IMG/VR virus record: IMGVR_UViG_3300027782_000025
Coordinates: 124,001 to 188,000 of that record
Direction: 5' to 3' (one strand)
DNA length: 64,000 nt
Notes under the pieces: model-generated
The model's database searches: none
What the model saw: the letters and a program-made list of their open reading frames with translations, nothing else
Told to the model about the DNA's origin: nothing
Position numbers and translations under genes: made by a program
In this document: piece after piece, positions 1 to 10,232 of the stretch
How the letters are laid out: every line of letters begins with the position of its first letter
Position numbering within the stretch: position 1 is the first letter of the stretch

Positions 1-640
1 CCTCGCCTTTAAGATGCTTGGGCGGTACCGGTGCCGCTTTAGGCGGTGTAAGAGACTGTATCGAACCTACGACAATAGTCTGACCATTCGGCTTATGCCC
101 AGCATAAAACATCCCTACTTCGTCCTTAATATCTCGTAACAATAAACGTGATCGCGCCTGTTCTACAACAATTGTCTGATCAGCCAGAATGACCGTAGGG
201 CAGTCGAAGATCTTGCAAATCGCACACGCCACTTCTGTCTTACCGGCGCCAGTTGGTAAAGCAATGATCCCACATTCATTGGTAATCGCTTCTTTTATCG
301 AAGTCAGCTGGTATTCTTCAAGGGTAATATCTGGTAACATGTCAGGCGTGACGATATCAACAGTCGGTACAGGGTATCTCCAAGCATCTCTTGCATCGGT
401 TATAGAAAGCGGTAAATTATGCTTCTTACACACTTCGATCACTAGAGCCAACAATGGCCTAGCGATTTTCTTTCTTGAACGATTATATTTTCTATAGACA
501 CCATCCCATTGCCCTCGCTGGTTAGGATCTATGTAGGTCCCAGGCCTTGAGACGCTGAAAGCCTCCCATAGAACATTATCTTCATGCTGGGTGATGTTTT
601 CAAAATAAACAAAATTATTGTCGCGTATGATTGCATTCAT
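1..640 (-). CDS. UvsW-like SF2 (DEAD-box) DNA helicase, N-terminal part, truncated at the window edge
   Basis: Not in the ORF track because it runs off the edge. My translation from the ATG at 640 gives MNAIIRDNNFVYFEN...LEEYQLTSIKEAITNECGIIALPTGAGKTEVAC...VILADQTIVVEQ, with a Q motif and Walker A (PTGAGKT). Confidence 0.85.
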   Translation of the reverse strand, partial: MNAIIRDNNFVYFENITQHEDNVLWEAFSVSRPGTYIDPNQRGQWDGVYRKYNRSRKKIARPLLALVIEVCKKHNLPLSITDARDAWRYPVPTVDIVTPDMLPDITLEEYQLTSIKEAITNECGIIALPTGAGKTEVACAICKIFDCPTVILADQTIVVEQARSRLLLRDIKDEVGMFYAGHKPNGQTIVVGSIQSLTPPKAAPVPPKHLKGE

Positions 641-661
641 AGCTTAATAATACATCGATAA

Positions 662-919
662 TTATTTTCCGGTTATAGTTTTAATGTGTTCTTGGTGCTT
701 TTCTTCTGGCAGGTACCATGGTATCTTAGGCGTCGTTTTTTGTATAGGCTGGTCACTATTTATCCAGCCGTCCCTTATAGAGTATCGGCCAGAAAAGCAA
801 GCACACTCTATAGAACAAAAGCTTATCTCTTGGTTACTCTCAGATATGATCCTATCGCAGCACGCACAATGGGTATGGATATTGTCTATTCTACAACATT
901 TATCGTTTAGTGTTGACAT
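662..919 (-). CDS. Small Cys-rich protein with an FCS/TRASH-like zinc finger
   Basis: 85 aa; HCACCD-x10-FCSIEC pattern; same strand as both neighbours; TAAATA 6 nt upstream of the ATG. Confidence 0.6.
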   Translation of the reverse strand: MSTLNDKCCRIDNIHTHCACCDRIISESNQEISFCSIECACFSGRYSIRDGWINSDQPIQKTTPKIPWYLPEEKHQEHIKTITGK

Positions 920-975
920 AATATCTATTTAAGCTATGTCTGTGTATCGTCGTAACATAATAAGCTATGTTTGAT

Positions 976-3900
976 CTAGCTCAATTCGCAACTGTCACCG
1001 TCACAGAATTTACTACCAAGGGCCTCATTGATAAACTCGGAATAGTCGGCGTCTCTAATGCCCTTATTATATTCGTCGACTTCTTCTTTGGTACAAGGGA
1101 TATAGGGGGCCTGTGGATAATTATGGCCAGTATGTGGGAGGAAGCTAATGCCCTTGGTTTGGTCTTCGTAAACCTCGAGCACCTTACTGATCTCCTTCGC
1201 CTCATTTTGCTTAAACTTGATAGTGCAGCTAACCTGATTGTCTGCCCAATAACGCTGATAATCGGTAGCATTGGCCATCTGCTGCCAAATACCTGCCTCG
1301 TCAACTGCTTTCACCCTCTCGTCGGTAACACCGAAGTACACCACAACGGTCCTATCTTTATCAGTGATAGATGGCTCGATTCTGTAGCCGGCATCAGATA
1401 AGATTTTAACTAGCACACTATCTTTAGCCACCCTAACAGTACGCCAGTAAGTGCCAGCCTCAGGATAATGAATGCCTGGGGTCGCGCCAGCAAGCAAGGA
1501 TACCGATCCAGAAGGCTTGACACTTGTGACTTTGATAGACTTTTGAATACACAACCAATCAGCATATATCGAATCCCATCGCTTAATCTCTTGGAATCCG
1601 GCATCACAGAATTCAGTAAGCATCTTACGCCTGCCGAATTTAGCGAACGCTTGAACTATGCCTGACTGCGATAAACCAATACGCCTATTCCTAAGCATAA
1701 CATGATTGGTGCGGGCATTGTGGGTAGGAAGTAAAGTGACAGTCTTAGCATAAAGATATGCGAATTTTAAAGTCCTCATGTAATCATCGACATTATCGTG
1801 ATTGGCAGGAAAAGTCTCGCAGAGGCAACATAGTTCGTACGATTCTAACGACTGCTCACAGCATGGGTTAGTACCCATCACCCTACCGTCAATACCCGGC
1901 TGTCTGCCATCTATCATTCTACCATAATCCCTAATATTATCTAGCCAAATTAGGCCTGGCTCTCCATTGGCAGCTATCTGTTCGCCTATCTTATCATAAT
2001 TCATACCCACATGGGCGAAGACAGAATTATTCGAAGCCCATCTGTGATGGTTTAATGCATTCCATGTCTCTATAGCAGGTACAAGTCTTTCTTCTGGAAT
2101 GCCAGACCCATTAAAGTCTTCAAGAGTGGCTTCGCTACGCATCGAAGAATATATCTTCTGTGTGCATTCATAGAACTTGCCAACTTCATCTTTATCCAAG
2201 GTAGCGATCGGGTTTTTCATGCTGCTGTAGGCAAAATCATCGGCATTGCCAAAGGCAATTTCAGCAGTGTTGTGAACCAGTCGGCCTTCTGCCACGAATT
2301 CGCTACGGTCTGGAACCGAAAGATCAAAAGTCTCTACCATAATGCCTTCGTCAACGACTGATTCTACTTCAATAGGCACCAAGCAAGCAGTCTCTGCGTC
2401 GCACAGTAAAGCGCGATTGTAGGTCATTTGATCCTGCTGAGGAGACCAAGATCTGCCATAATTGACATTGTCGCGATTTATCCATGCTGCTGGATATCCA
2501 TAATCATGGCCGCTAGAATGGGCAGTTTCTCGCAGCGTCTTGACGGCATGCGGTTGTATTAAATCCCTAAACCGTGCAATGGCAAAATCACCTACAAGCG
2601 AAATATCCCACTTAGCTTGGCCCTTATTATCAGCTTCTTTGCGAAGTCTTAGCTTGGTCGGAATTCCAAGACTCGAATAAACGGCCTGAACCTGTCTTAA
2701 AAAATCTCGGTAAATGCTCGAAATCATAGTGGCTGGACGATTCTTAGTGGAACCATCAGAATCTAATAAACCAGCCAAATAAGCTGCCCTAATCTCTGGT
2801 AGACCAAGTCTGATGTATTCTGGCACATTCAAAGGGGTCTTTGCTTGTTTGAGATTAGTATGAAGATATTGGGCAAACCGTCTAGATGTTACTCTAATTT
2901 TACGACTATTGTCTTGAGAAGGCTGTTCTTTAGGTGTAAACCCAAAGGCAGCAAAACCTGCAATCGCCTTTTCAGTAATTAAATCATGGTATTCGTCGCG
3001 GTTGATCGGAATAGAGACTGATGCGCCATGATTCTTGCGGGCTTTATATTGTCTACCAAGATAAACGTAACCATCACCCTGAATCGCTCCTAGAAACCAA
3101 GCTACTTCTGCGGTAAGACCAGGCACTACTAAATTATTACCACGTGTCGACAAATCACTGTATCCAGGCATGACAGTTGACGTGCCGGGTATAATAGCAT
3201 CTACAAATACCATCCGATCGCCGGCTTTAAGCTGATGTGCTCGTTTCCACTCATAAACACCGACACCTGTCATAACAGCTATTCTGTGTCGATCGGTGCA
3301 GCGGAACGGCCCAGTTTGGCTATTAATAGTAATAACCCTTTGGATGCCTTGAGCTACATTCTCAGCAACGGGATAATAACCGTCAGCGGTGAGAACTAGA
3401 TCACCGACCTGCACTTGCTCGATAGGTACTAAACCGCGTTTAAGATGGACCAACGTACCCTTAGGTAAACATCGTCTTACATTGCCTGCCACTACGCATC
3501 TTCCGATATAATTCATGATATCAGTAATATCAACGCTAGACAAAGTGCTGCCAATTCGCCTAGTTAAGTGATTTCTAATAAGTTCATGCAGTTCTTGTAA
3601 TATCCCAGGGCCTGCGGCCTTACCGCCAAAGCCTTTTATCGGAGCGTTCACTGGTCTAATAAGGGAATAATCGAATTGTAACGACCCTTCATTATTAGTA
3701 GTAGTATAGCTATGAATCAATGACCTTACACTATCAACCCACCCCTCTCTCGAATCTGATATCAAGTATGGCTTAATAATATCACTTGGCCTATTAATCT
3801 TAACCTTGCCGGCTCCCTTAGTGTCAAACCCGATACCAACACCAAGAAGACTCATGTCCATTAAAAAGCAAAATGGTTCAGCAGGATCAGCTTCAACCTT

Positions 3901-4356
3901 GTCATCCGTAGAAACAAACCCACAATTGTTTAATGATGCTGATCCTTTTTCCCACATAAAATCAGTACCCATCATCCAGAGGCCTCGCCCTGGCGGTAAA
4001 AATTTAAAATCCCACATTCTCTGAAACATCTCTTGTGCTGATTTCTGTGCTTTATCTAGATCGAATGGGATATGAAACTTTTTACAATGTAATCTCTGGA
4101 TTTCATAACATCCCTCTATGACTCTTATAGCCATATCTAAAAACGTCTCCTTCGAGCCATCATTCTTGACTCTTGAATACGTCCTATAGAAGACAAATTC
4201 TCCCAAGCCATTAAATCCAAATTTTGGTTTAGTACCAGCATAACCCTTTAAAAAATCAGCACTTAATTTAAAATGGCCAACAGTATCATTCGCTGTGCCG
4301 TCATTAAGATAAGTTCTAAAGCCAGTTGTCAATTTGGTCATGTAAGTGAACCCCAT
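976..4356 (-). CDS. nrdJ: Class II adenosylcobalamin-dependent ribonucleotide reductase (monomeric RTPR type), intein-interrupted
   Basis: FYRTYSR, FLPPGRGLW, SLNNCGF, LGVGIGF, VAGNVRR/TAEI, HRWASNNS, GEPG, TNPCCEQSL, TSVKPSGSVSLL and a C-terminal FCDGDSC redox pair. Confidence 0.95.
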   Translation of the reverse strand: MGFTYMTKLTTGFRTYLNDGTANDTVGHFKLSADFLKGYAGTKPKFGFNGLGEFVFYRTYSRVKNDGSKETFLDMAIRVIEGCYEIQRLHCKKFHIPFDLDKAQKSAQEMFQRMWDFKFLPPGRGLWMMGTDFMWEKGSASLNNCGFVSTDDKVEADPAEPFCFLMDMSLLGVGIGFDTKGAGKVKINRPSDIIKPYLISDSREGWVDSVRSLIHSYTTTNNEGSLQFDYSLIRPVNAPIKGFGGKAAGPGILQELHELIRNHLTRRIGSTLSSVDITDIMNYIGRCVVAGNVRRCLPKGTLVHLKRGLVPIEQVQVGDLVLTADGYYPVAENVAQGIQRVITINSQTGPFRCTDRHRIAVMTGVGVYEWKRAHQLKAGDRMVFVDAIIPGTSTVMPGYSDLSTRGNNLVVPGLTAEVAWFLGAIQGDGYVYLGRQYKARKNHGASVSIPINRDEYHDLITEKAIAGFAAFGFTPKEQPSQDNSRKIRVTSRRFAQYLHTNLKQAKTPLNVPEYIRLGLPEIRAAYLAGLLDSDGSTKNRPATMISSIYRDFLRQVQAVYSSLGIPTKLRLRKEADNKGQAKWDISLVGDFAIARFRDLIQPHAVKTLRETAHSSGHDYGYPAAWINRDNVNYGRSWSPQQDQMTYNRALLCDAETACLVPIEVESVVDEGIMVETFDLSVPDRSEFVAEGRLVHNTAEIAFGNADDFAYSSMKNPIATLDKDEVGKFYECTQKIYSSMRSEATLEDFNGSGIPEERLVPAIETWNALNHHRWASNNSVFAHVGMNYDKIGEQIAANGEPGLIWLDNIRDYGRMIDGRQPGIDGRVMGTNPCCEQSLESYELCCLCETFPANHDNVDDYMRTLKFAYLYAKTVTLLPTHNARTNHVMLRNRRIGLSQSGIVQAFAKFGRRKMLTEFCDAGFQEIKRWDSIYADWLCIQKSIKVTSVKPSGSVSLLAGATPGIHYPEAGTYWRTVRVAKDSVLVKILSDAGYRIEPSITDKDRTVVVYFGVTDERVKAVDEAGIWQQMANATDYQRYWADNQVSCTIKFKQNEAKEISKVLEVYEDQTKGISFLPHTGHNYPQAPYIPCTKEEVDEYNKGIRDADYSEFINEALGSKFCDGDSCELS
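2269..3471 (-). mobile_element. Intein (401 aa) with LAGLIDADG homing endonuclease in nrdJ
   Basis: Starts CLPKGTLV (aa 296) and ends TFDLSVPDRSEFVAEGRLVHN (aa 696), followed by Thr as the +1 nucleophile. Endonuclease blocks are WFLGAIQGDG and YLAGLLDSDG. Removing it restores GNVRR-TAEI. Confidence 0.95.
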
Positions 4357-4988
4357 TCCTTTATGGTTTGAAAATTAGTAAAATCAGCTTTGTTCGCAGA
4401 AAGATCTAAATTAACTTTATAGAGCTTTCCAAGAGTCGGTAAAAACATTGCATCTTGTAAATCTTTAGAAATCGCATCCATGGCAATTCTTCTACAAATA
4501 TTGTTAATTGCTAAAAACTCGATATTTATTTTACCGGCCTGAAAAAGATTAGTTAACAACATATTAGATCGTGGTCCATCACGCTTACTTAATACTAACG
4601 AAGCGCATTTACCTTCACATAATTTCTCTAGAAATTGATAAGACGATTGAGATGTCTTATCTATCTGAGATAAGGTATTGTTACTACTGATCAGCTGTTC
4701 ATAAGAAATCTGTAGAAGATTCTTTTGGTGTAAAGCAGATAACCCTTTATTAATCGTTTTATGCTTAAATGAATTCAGAATCGCAATTACTAAAAATCTT
4801 TTTACTTCATTAAAATCAAGTTCCCACTGCTTAAACTTATCGCAAATCGCGGTTAGGTAACGATATTGATAGGTCTTAGTAATATCCCGAGCTTTGGGAA
4901 ACTTAAGATTAATACCAAAGCTTTTGTAAATATCTTGGCAAATGCTGAATACTTGCATTGGGTCATGAGTGTTAAGATCTGTGTTCAT
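4338..4988 (-). CDS. Hypothetical protein
   Basis: 216-aa ORF overlapping the nrdJ start on the same strand; no motif recognised. Confidence 0.7.
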   Translation of the reverse strand: MNTDLNTHDPMQVFSICQDIYKSFGINLKFPKARDITKTYQYRYLTAICDKFKQWELDFNEVKRFLVIAILNSFKHKTINKGLSALHQKNLLQISYEQLISSNNTLSQIDKTSQSSYQFLEKLCEGKCASLVLSKRDGPRSNMLLTNLFQAGKINIEFLAINNICRRIAMDAISKDLQDAMFLPTLGKLYKVNLDLSANKADFTNFQTIKEWGSLT

Positions 4989-5026
4989 ACTGCGTTAATA
5001 CATAGCTTATAATTAAGGAAAATCAT

Positions 5027-5299
5027 ATGACGTTATCGAGCGAATCCGAACTCGACATGCCTTCCGAGGCACCACAAGGAATCTTTGACGAGAAATCGAA
5101 TCATGTAATTGAATCATTTGGTGCATCATTAGAACAGACTGGAATTAATAAAGCATTCTGTGTTCTCTTTGATGAAAACGATAAATTCAAGCCAAAAGTG
5201 TTTTTTCGAGGCGAATTGTTTGAGATAACTAAACACACATCTAGGATATTAAACCAGATGCGTTATAAGATCATAGAAGATTTAAACGGAAATTTTTAA
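5027..5299 (+). CDS. Hypothetical protein
   Basis: 90 aa; AAGGA Shine-Dalgarno upstream; fills the gap between minus-strand genes. Confidence 0.65.
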   Translation: MTLSSESELDMPSEAPQGIFDEKSNHVIESFGASLEQTGINKAFCVLFDENDKFKPKVFFRGELFEITKHTSRILNQMRYKIIEDLNGNF

Positions 5300-6924
5300 C
5301 TGATATTAGGAGTCGACACGAGCTTTTCATAATAGTAGCCAGTTATTCTTTTACCTTCGGCTATTACTTGATTAATCCCTATACCTTCTATACCGCCAGT
5401 AGAGTCATGACCAATCACTTGATTATTAGGTAGTATATTATTAACAGGGTTAAATAAATCAATATATGCTACACCATCAATGTTTTCAAGCACTTTGACT
5501 AAATTACTGATAAACAAAGATTGACCCATATCCCATTTATCTATATTAAAAAAATCGGTGATAAATGCTTCTACTTTCTCTTTGACCACTGAAGCATCTG
5601 CGCCACGACTGACTACTACATTTAGCTCAATATCGACTGTTTTTATGGCACCATCAGCGATTACTACTTCGTCTGTTAAAACATTAAATTGTTCCATATA
5701 TGATTTAAGAGCCAATTTTAACCCTAAGCTTGCCGTAACAGGCTTAGAACTCGCACCTTCAGCTAAAACATATAATCTAACTTGATTAGCATTAATGTTA
5801 GAATATAAAGCTGAAACGGCTTTTTTGATAGCACCATAAGTGGGGTGTTTAAAGGATAAAGCAGCTTGGGCATAATCTTCAGCTGTTACTATATTATTTC
5901 TAACAGCGTATTCTCTCGGCGCTCTTTTTTTGGCTTGATCTAAAGTCTCTCTATCGGTGCCCCCCGATGATGGCACGATGTTTCTGAATCTTACTACTGC
6001 TGTCGCAGCATATGCGTCACTAGAAATCGGCCGAAGCTGATCTATAATATTAGCACCTATTCTTCCTCTAATGCCACCACCTTTTCTATAGATAAATGTT
6101 AACGCACTCCCAGCGCTTGGCTGAAAACCATTAATATTATCGCCGAATCTTAAGACTACAGAGCTAGAATAGAATCTAACTTCGACCACCTTATCATTTG
6201 GACCATATGATTCGATAGGTTCGGTCGTGGTTTGGTAGTACTCCTCTATCGTTCCACTTTTAAGTATGACTTTTAAAGGCGACTCTAAAACATTAGAATC
6301 TATAATCGTATAGGTCTGGGATGCACCGCCAGTAGTAGTAATAGAATCATTAACAACCGTGGTGCCTTCGATACCAAATGCTATAATACCTTTCTTGCCA
6401 GAAGGAATGATGATATCGCCTAATAGGTCGTCAGGTGATCTATAGACCTCATATGATACCTGACCATTATCTGGTCCGGTTACATTAAAAATCTGTCCGG
6501 CAGGTACTCTTAGATCGAACCCCAATGATGCGCCTGTTAAAGTTAATTCAATATTGGTCGTAGAAGCCGTTTGCGGTAACATTCTTTGGTTAATTAACGC
6601 AAGATGGTTAATTAGAGCATCGATTGTTTTACATGTCGGCAAGGTTGCTTCATTGGATAACAAATCTGCTCGCAACGATAATTTAGAAATCGTTGAAGCT
6701 ATTATTTCCGTCAACATGATGACGCCATTGCTCGCTACAAAGTCATTAAAATCATTCGGGTAATATGTTCTTATATATTCAAGTATCGCTCTGCGAGCGG
6801 TGTTGAAATCCAACGAACTAAAATCTATATTACGTAAGTTAGCTGGAGTTAGCAGCACACCTATTTGTTGCGGTGAATTCGGTAAATCTATCGTTGTCTC
6901 GATCTTACTATCCATTTTGACCAC
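5296..6924 (-). CDS. Baseplate wedge protein, T4 gp6 / baseplate-J-like
   Basis: N-terminal IDFSSLDFNTARRAILEYIRTYYPNDFNDF, LRFGDNING, and GGTDRETLDQAKKRAP...IVTAEDY. Likely start is 6915. Confidence 0.88.
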   Translation of the reverse strand: MVKMDSKIETTIDLPNSPQQIGVLLTPANLRNIDFSSLDFNTARRAILEYIRTYYPNDFNDFVASNGVIMLTEIIASTISKLSLRADLLSNEATLPTCKTIDALINHLALINQRMLPQTASTTNIELTLTGASLGFDLRVPAGQIFNVTGPDNGQVSYEVYRSPDDLLGDIIIPSGKKGIIAFGIEGTTVVNDSITTTGGASQTYTIIDSNVLESPLKVILKSGTIEEYYQTTTEPIESYGPNDKVVEVRFYSSSVVLRFGDNINGFQPSAGSALTFIYRKGGGIRGRIGANIIDQLRPISSDAYAATAVVRFRNIVPSSGGTDRETLDQAKKRAPREYAVRNNIVTAEDYAQAALSFKHPTYGAIKKAVSALYSNINANQVRLYVLAEGASSKPVTASLGLKLALKSYMEQFNVLTDEVVIADGAIKTVDIELNVVVSRGADASVVKEKVEAFITDFFNIDKWDMGQSLFISNLVKVLENIDGVAYIDLFNPVNNILPNNQVIGHDSTGGIEGIGINQVIAEGKRITGYYYEKLVSTPNIS

Positions 6925-7312
6925 CGTTGTTTATAAATGTGTCTAAATTTTGAATTAAAGCGGGCTCAGTTAGCATAACATATACTATTCTGATAGCTAA
7001 ACCATGTTGTTCATAATCAGGTCTAAAATAAATGCTTTTTACGCTTATCCTAGGCTCATATTGCGCTATAGCTTGAGACACGTCGCGCTTAAGCATTTCA
7101 ATAGTAGAGTCATCAAGCTGATCAAAAATAGTGGCTCTCAAGTCAGTGCCAAAATCAGGCATCATCACCCGCTCGCCAGGGAGCGTCAACAATAATTGCA
7201 ATAAATCATTTTTAACTAATTTATCATCTTCCTGTCTTGATAATATCCCAGAAGGCCCACCTATAAACGGAGGATTATATCCATAATAATTAATCTTGGG
7301 GTTAATAGCCAT
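6908..7312 (-). CDS. Baseplate wedge protein, gp25/GPW-like
   Basis: LLLTLPGERVMMPDFGTDL and IAQYEPRI. Confidence 0.9.
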   Translation of the reverse strand: MAINPKINYYGYNPPFIGGPSGILSRQEDDKLVKNDLLQLLLTLPGERVMMPDFGTDLRATIFDQLDDSTIEMLKRDVSQAIAQYEPRISVKSIYFRPDYEQHGLAIRIVYVMLTEPALIQNLDTFINNGGQNG

Positions 7313-8037
7313 TATTTAACCACCATAGCAAGGTTTCTTAATTCTTCAAGTATAGTGCCCATGTTTTTTCTATTCTCATCTCTAGCTAGAATCGTTTTTT
7401 CTTGGTCTTGTCGATTAGTGTCAAGGCTACTTATTAAACTATCCTTGGTTTTAATTAGTTCATCTCTGGCAAAACCAGTCGATAAATTATTGATCATAGT
7501 TTCGACAGCAGACAGCGTTTTTTCTGTCTCATTGATGGTCTTTTGATATCGGTTTATCTCAACATCTTGGGTGATCAATAAAGCTTTAAAGTCGTTAAAT
7601 TGATTATTTAACGTTAAATATATCTGCTTACTGTTAGCATTGATCGAATCAATCTCGGCTTTGTTTAGACCCATCTCCATATAGTCAAAAAGATTTAGAT
7701 TATGAACGCTAGAATAAATTGAATCGATCTCTGAAACATCGCTAGCAAATGGTATAGGCACACCTACTTCAATATATTCACCTATTTCGTATTGCAAGCG
7801 ATTGTCGTTAATCGTTTCTGAATTTGCAGTGCTTACAAAATAAACTGGTTGTGTGAGATAGTCTCTGGTGTTTAGCCCAGCTCTCTTTTTATAGAATAAA
7901 CCAGTTGGAATTTGAGGAAACAATAAACTAGCACGCGGCGGTTTACCACCACTAACTGTAAATGTAATGTTTCCGGGCTGCGCTAAATCAATTGGTAGTA
8001 CGTTAGAGTAAAACCCTGTTGGAAATCTTATAATCAT
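7312..8037 (-). CDS. Hypothetical baseplate-region protein with a C-terminal coiled coil
   Basis: Start refined to the ATG at 8037, which gives an ATGA overlap with the upstream stop; heptad-rich C-terminal half. Confidence 0.65.
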   Translation of the reverse strand: MIIRFPTGFYSNVLPIDLAQPGNITFTVSGGKPPRASLLFPQIPTGLFYKKRAGLNTRDYLTQPVYFVSTANSETINDNRLQYEIGEYIEVGVPIPFASDVSEIDSIYSSVHNLNLFDYMEMGLNKAEIDSINANSKQIYLTLNNQFNDFKALLITQDVEINRYQKTINETEKTLSAVETMINNLSTGFARDELIKTKDSLISSLDTNRQDQEKTILARDENRKNMGTILEELRNLAMVVK

Positions 8038-10232
8038 TTTGTGTAAGTGTGCTCCACTTCCTTTTTGGGGCACTCTTCAAACGGCCCATTGTAAGTTTTA
8101 CCGCGATCAGTCGGTGCGAATTTAGCAGGCATGGCAGCTCTAGCCTTAGGCTGTAGATCAGCCTTAACTTTAATTGCTTTATTGACATATATAAAACTAT
8201 CTGTGCCAGTGGCGCACAGATTTATACTACCAGCCGATGTAAGGTTAATATCACCATCAGAGATAATATTAACACTACCCTTAGCATAGACCTGAGTTAT
8301 ACCAGATGCTTGACCATTAAAAACTGCAACCACATTGTTTTTTTGATCGACGTACTGATACATTGGGGCGCCGAGGCTGGCTCTCAAAGCTGCTAGTTTG
8401 TTTTTATCTGATAACCATAGACCACGGTCAGTAGAATCGACAAGTTCTACCCAAGATCCATCGCCACCAGAATTACCGTCTCTGGCTTCAAAACCAGCAT
8501 TAAGTTTACCTGCAGACGCTGACCCTGAAGAATACATCGGGCCTTCGCCATTCCCAGCTCTAGTCTTAAGTCTAATATACTCATTCTCTAAATCTATTTT
8601 CAGATGGTGTGTGCGAAGCTCGGAATCACCCAAAACTATGGGCTTCCGATTAAATTCGTTTTCTTCCACACCACGATACTTCTCTTGAAAGTTTAAGCCT
8701 AGTGTCGAAGCCATCATGATATATTGATAGCGATCATTAATTTCCATAACTTGGCCGGCTGGGGATCCCCACATAGTTCTATTCAATAAATCATTTTCAT
8801 TAAATTCAAAATTGAAGCCGCGCTGGTTATCCTTCTCTGTCGTTTTGCCTTTAGCACCTGGTGTTCTTCTCCCCTTCACTAAAAACCCATTTCCTCTAGG
8901 CGATTCGACCTTATCAGCTTCAGTGTCGCTAGTACCACGATCATCGAGAACTATTTTAAAACCGTGCCTTGTAACAAGTCTCATCCATCTTGCGTCTCGA
9001 TCCCACCACCACAGATCCTCACGCTCTGTGCGATGCCCAGCTTCTTCTAATAACGGTCTCTTTACGAATTTATCATTTTCTGGATCATTTCCACGATCAT
9101 AAGCTTGAAATAACATGCCACCTTTCGTTCTGATTTTAATCCATCTAAAATCCCATGATTTACTGACTGACAAAAAGCGTCTATCTGATTCATTCTTCGA
9201 AAATTCACCGAGTCTTGATTTTGAAGACCTAGCGAATTTATGTTGTGCATCGAATTCACCAGGCTGAGCCCAACCAACATCGCGCATTTCTATCTTGTGA
9301 CCATATCTGGTTAACATTTCTATGCGCCTAGTGTCGCCAAAATCTGCGTTCCAGTCTACATTTTTGTCGCCCTTACCCCACGATACTGGTCTGTCTTCAT
9401 TTATTAGCTTCTGGTTATATAACCAGCGCTCTACTTCATACTTTCGATCGAGCTTAAAATCACCACTGAATTCTCCTGTGGCCCCTCTTGACACGTACGG
9501 CATTATCTTCTGATCATTATTCCACCAATAGCCCACATCACTCATTATTAACATATTGCCATATTTAGTAATATTAGCAACGAACTTTTTGTCCGGCTCA
9601 TTAACTAGTGGCATAGCATTTTGAGCATCAAATTTTCTTTGCTGAATCGGATCAAGACCTAAGGGAGCTGGATCTATAAAATGTTCAATAGGATAATAAC
9701 CGACAGAGCTGTCAATGTTTAAACTACCATATCTTGATTGAACACCTTGGGACATCGGGCGACCGTCTTTAGGCAGATATTTTATATCATAATCAATTAA
9801 GTCTGGGAGCTTATTGTCAGTATTTGGTTTTTTGTTAACGATATTCTCTACCAAATTAGCTGGCGGTGTCCGCTGGGCCACAAAAGGTATCGGGTAATAA
9901 TTTAATCGGGTCGGAGCTGCATAACCACGCCAGATAGGGGCATATGGGTTACTCTTTTCGAATTCTATCCAGACGAAATCGCCGATACAAGGGACTTCGA
10001 AATGCCCGCTAGACTTTCCACCTATAAAGTTGGCAGGTATAGCCCACGGTGCCTCTACTGGCAATAAAGTATAATCATGGATGTCTGGGCATTTGAACTT
10101 AATTCTTCCCATTGCCAAGGGGTCATCTGTATCGACTACTAAAGCACGATGAGGTCCGACAAAACGATGCTCTTGATCGATTTGATCTTCTTTCACGAAC
10201 TCCTGAGAAATTCTTTCGAAATAGGTCGTCAC
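8034..10232 (-). CDS. Baseplate central spike, gp5/gpV/VgrG-like (OB fold plus beta-helix repeats)
   Basis: RALVVDTDDPLAMGRIKFKCP...PWA...VPCIGDFVWIEFEKSNPYAPIW.G is the gp5 N-terminal OB motif; repeated T-x-x-G-x-x-I-x-x-x-D units follow. Confidence 0.8.
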   Translation of the reverse strand: MTTYFERISQEFVKEDQIDQEHRFVGPHRALVVDTDDPLAMGRIKFKCPDIHDYTLLPVEAPWAIPANFIGGKSSGHFEVPCIGDFVWIEFEKSNPYAPIWRGYAAPTRLNYYPIPFVAQRTPPANLVENIVNKKPNTDNKLPDLIDYDIKYLPKDGRPMSQGVQSRYGSLNIDSSVGYYPIEHFIDPAPLGLDPIQQRKFDAQNAMPLVNEPDKKFVANITKYGNMLIMSDVGYWWNNDQKIMPYVSRGATGEFSGDFKLDRKYEVERWLYNQKLINEDRPVSWGKGDKNVDWNADFGDTRRIEMLTRYGHKIEMRDVGWAQPGEFDAQHKFARSSKSRLGEFSKNESDRRFLSVSKSWDFRWIKIRTKGGMLFQAYDRGNDPENDKFVKRPLLEEAGHRTEREDLWWWDRDARWMRLVTRHGFKIVLDDRGTSDTEADKVESPRGNGFLVKGRRTPGAKGKTTEKDNQRGFNFEFNENDLLNRTMWGSPAGQVMEINDRYQYIMMASTLGLNFQEKYRGVEENEFNRKPIVLGDSELRTHHLKIDLENEYIRLKTRAGNGEGPMYSSGSASAGKLNAGFEARDGNSGGDGSWVELVDSTDRGLWLSDKNKLAALRASLGAPMYQYVDQKNNVVAVFNGQASGITQVYAKGSVNIISDGDINLTSAGSINLCATGTDSFIYVNKAIKVKADLQPKARAAMPAKFAPTDRGKTYNGPFEECPKKEVEHTYTK

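Noticed and set aside
189-1665. Plus-strand ORFs 189-497, 684-932, 686-910, 967-1401 and 1468-1665
   Set aside because: They are antisense shadows of the helicase, Cys-rich and nrdJ genes and show no motifs.
4338-4988. gp59-like helicase loader, suggested by similar length
   Set aside because: No sequence motif supports it; size alone is not evidence.
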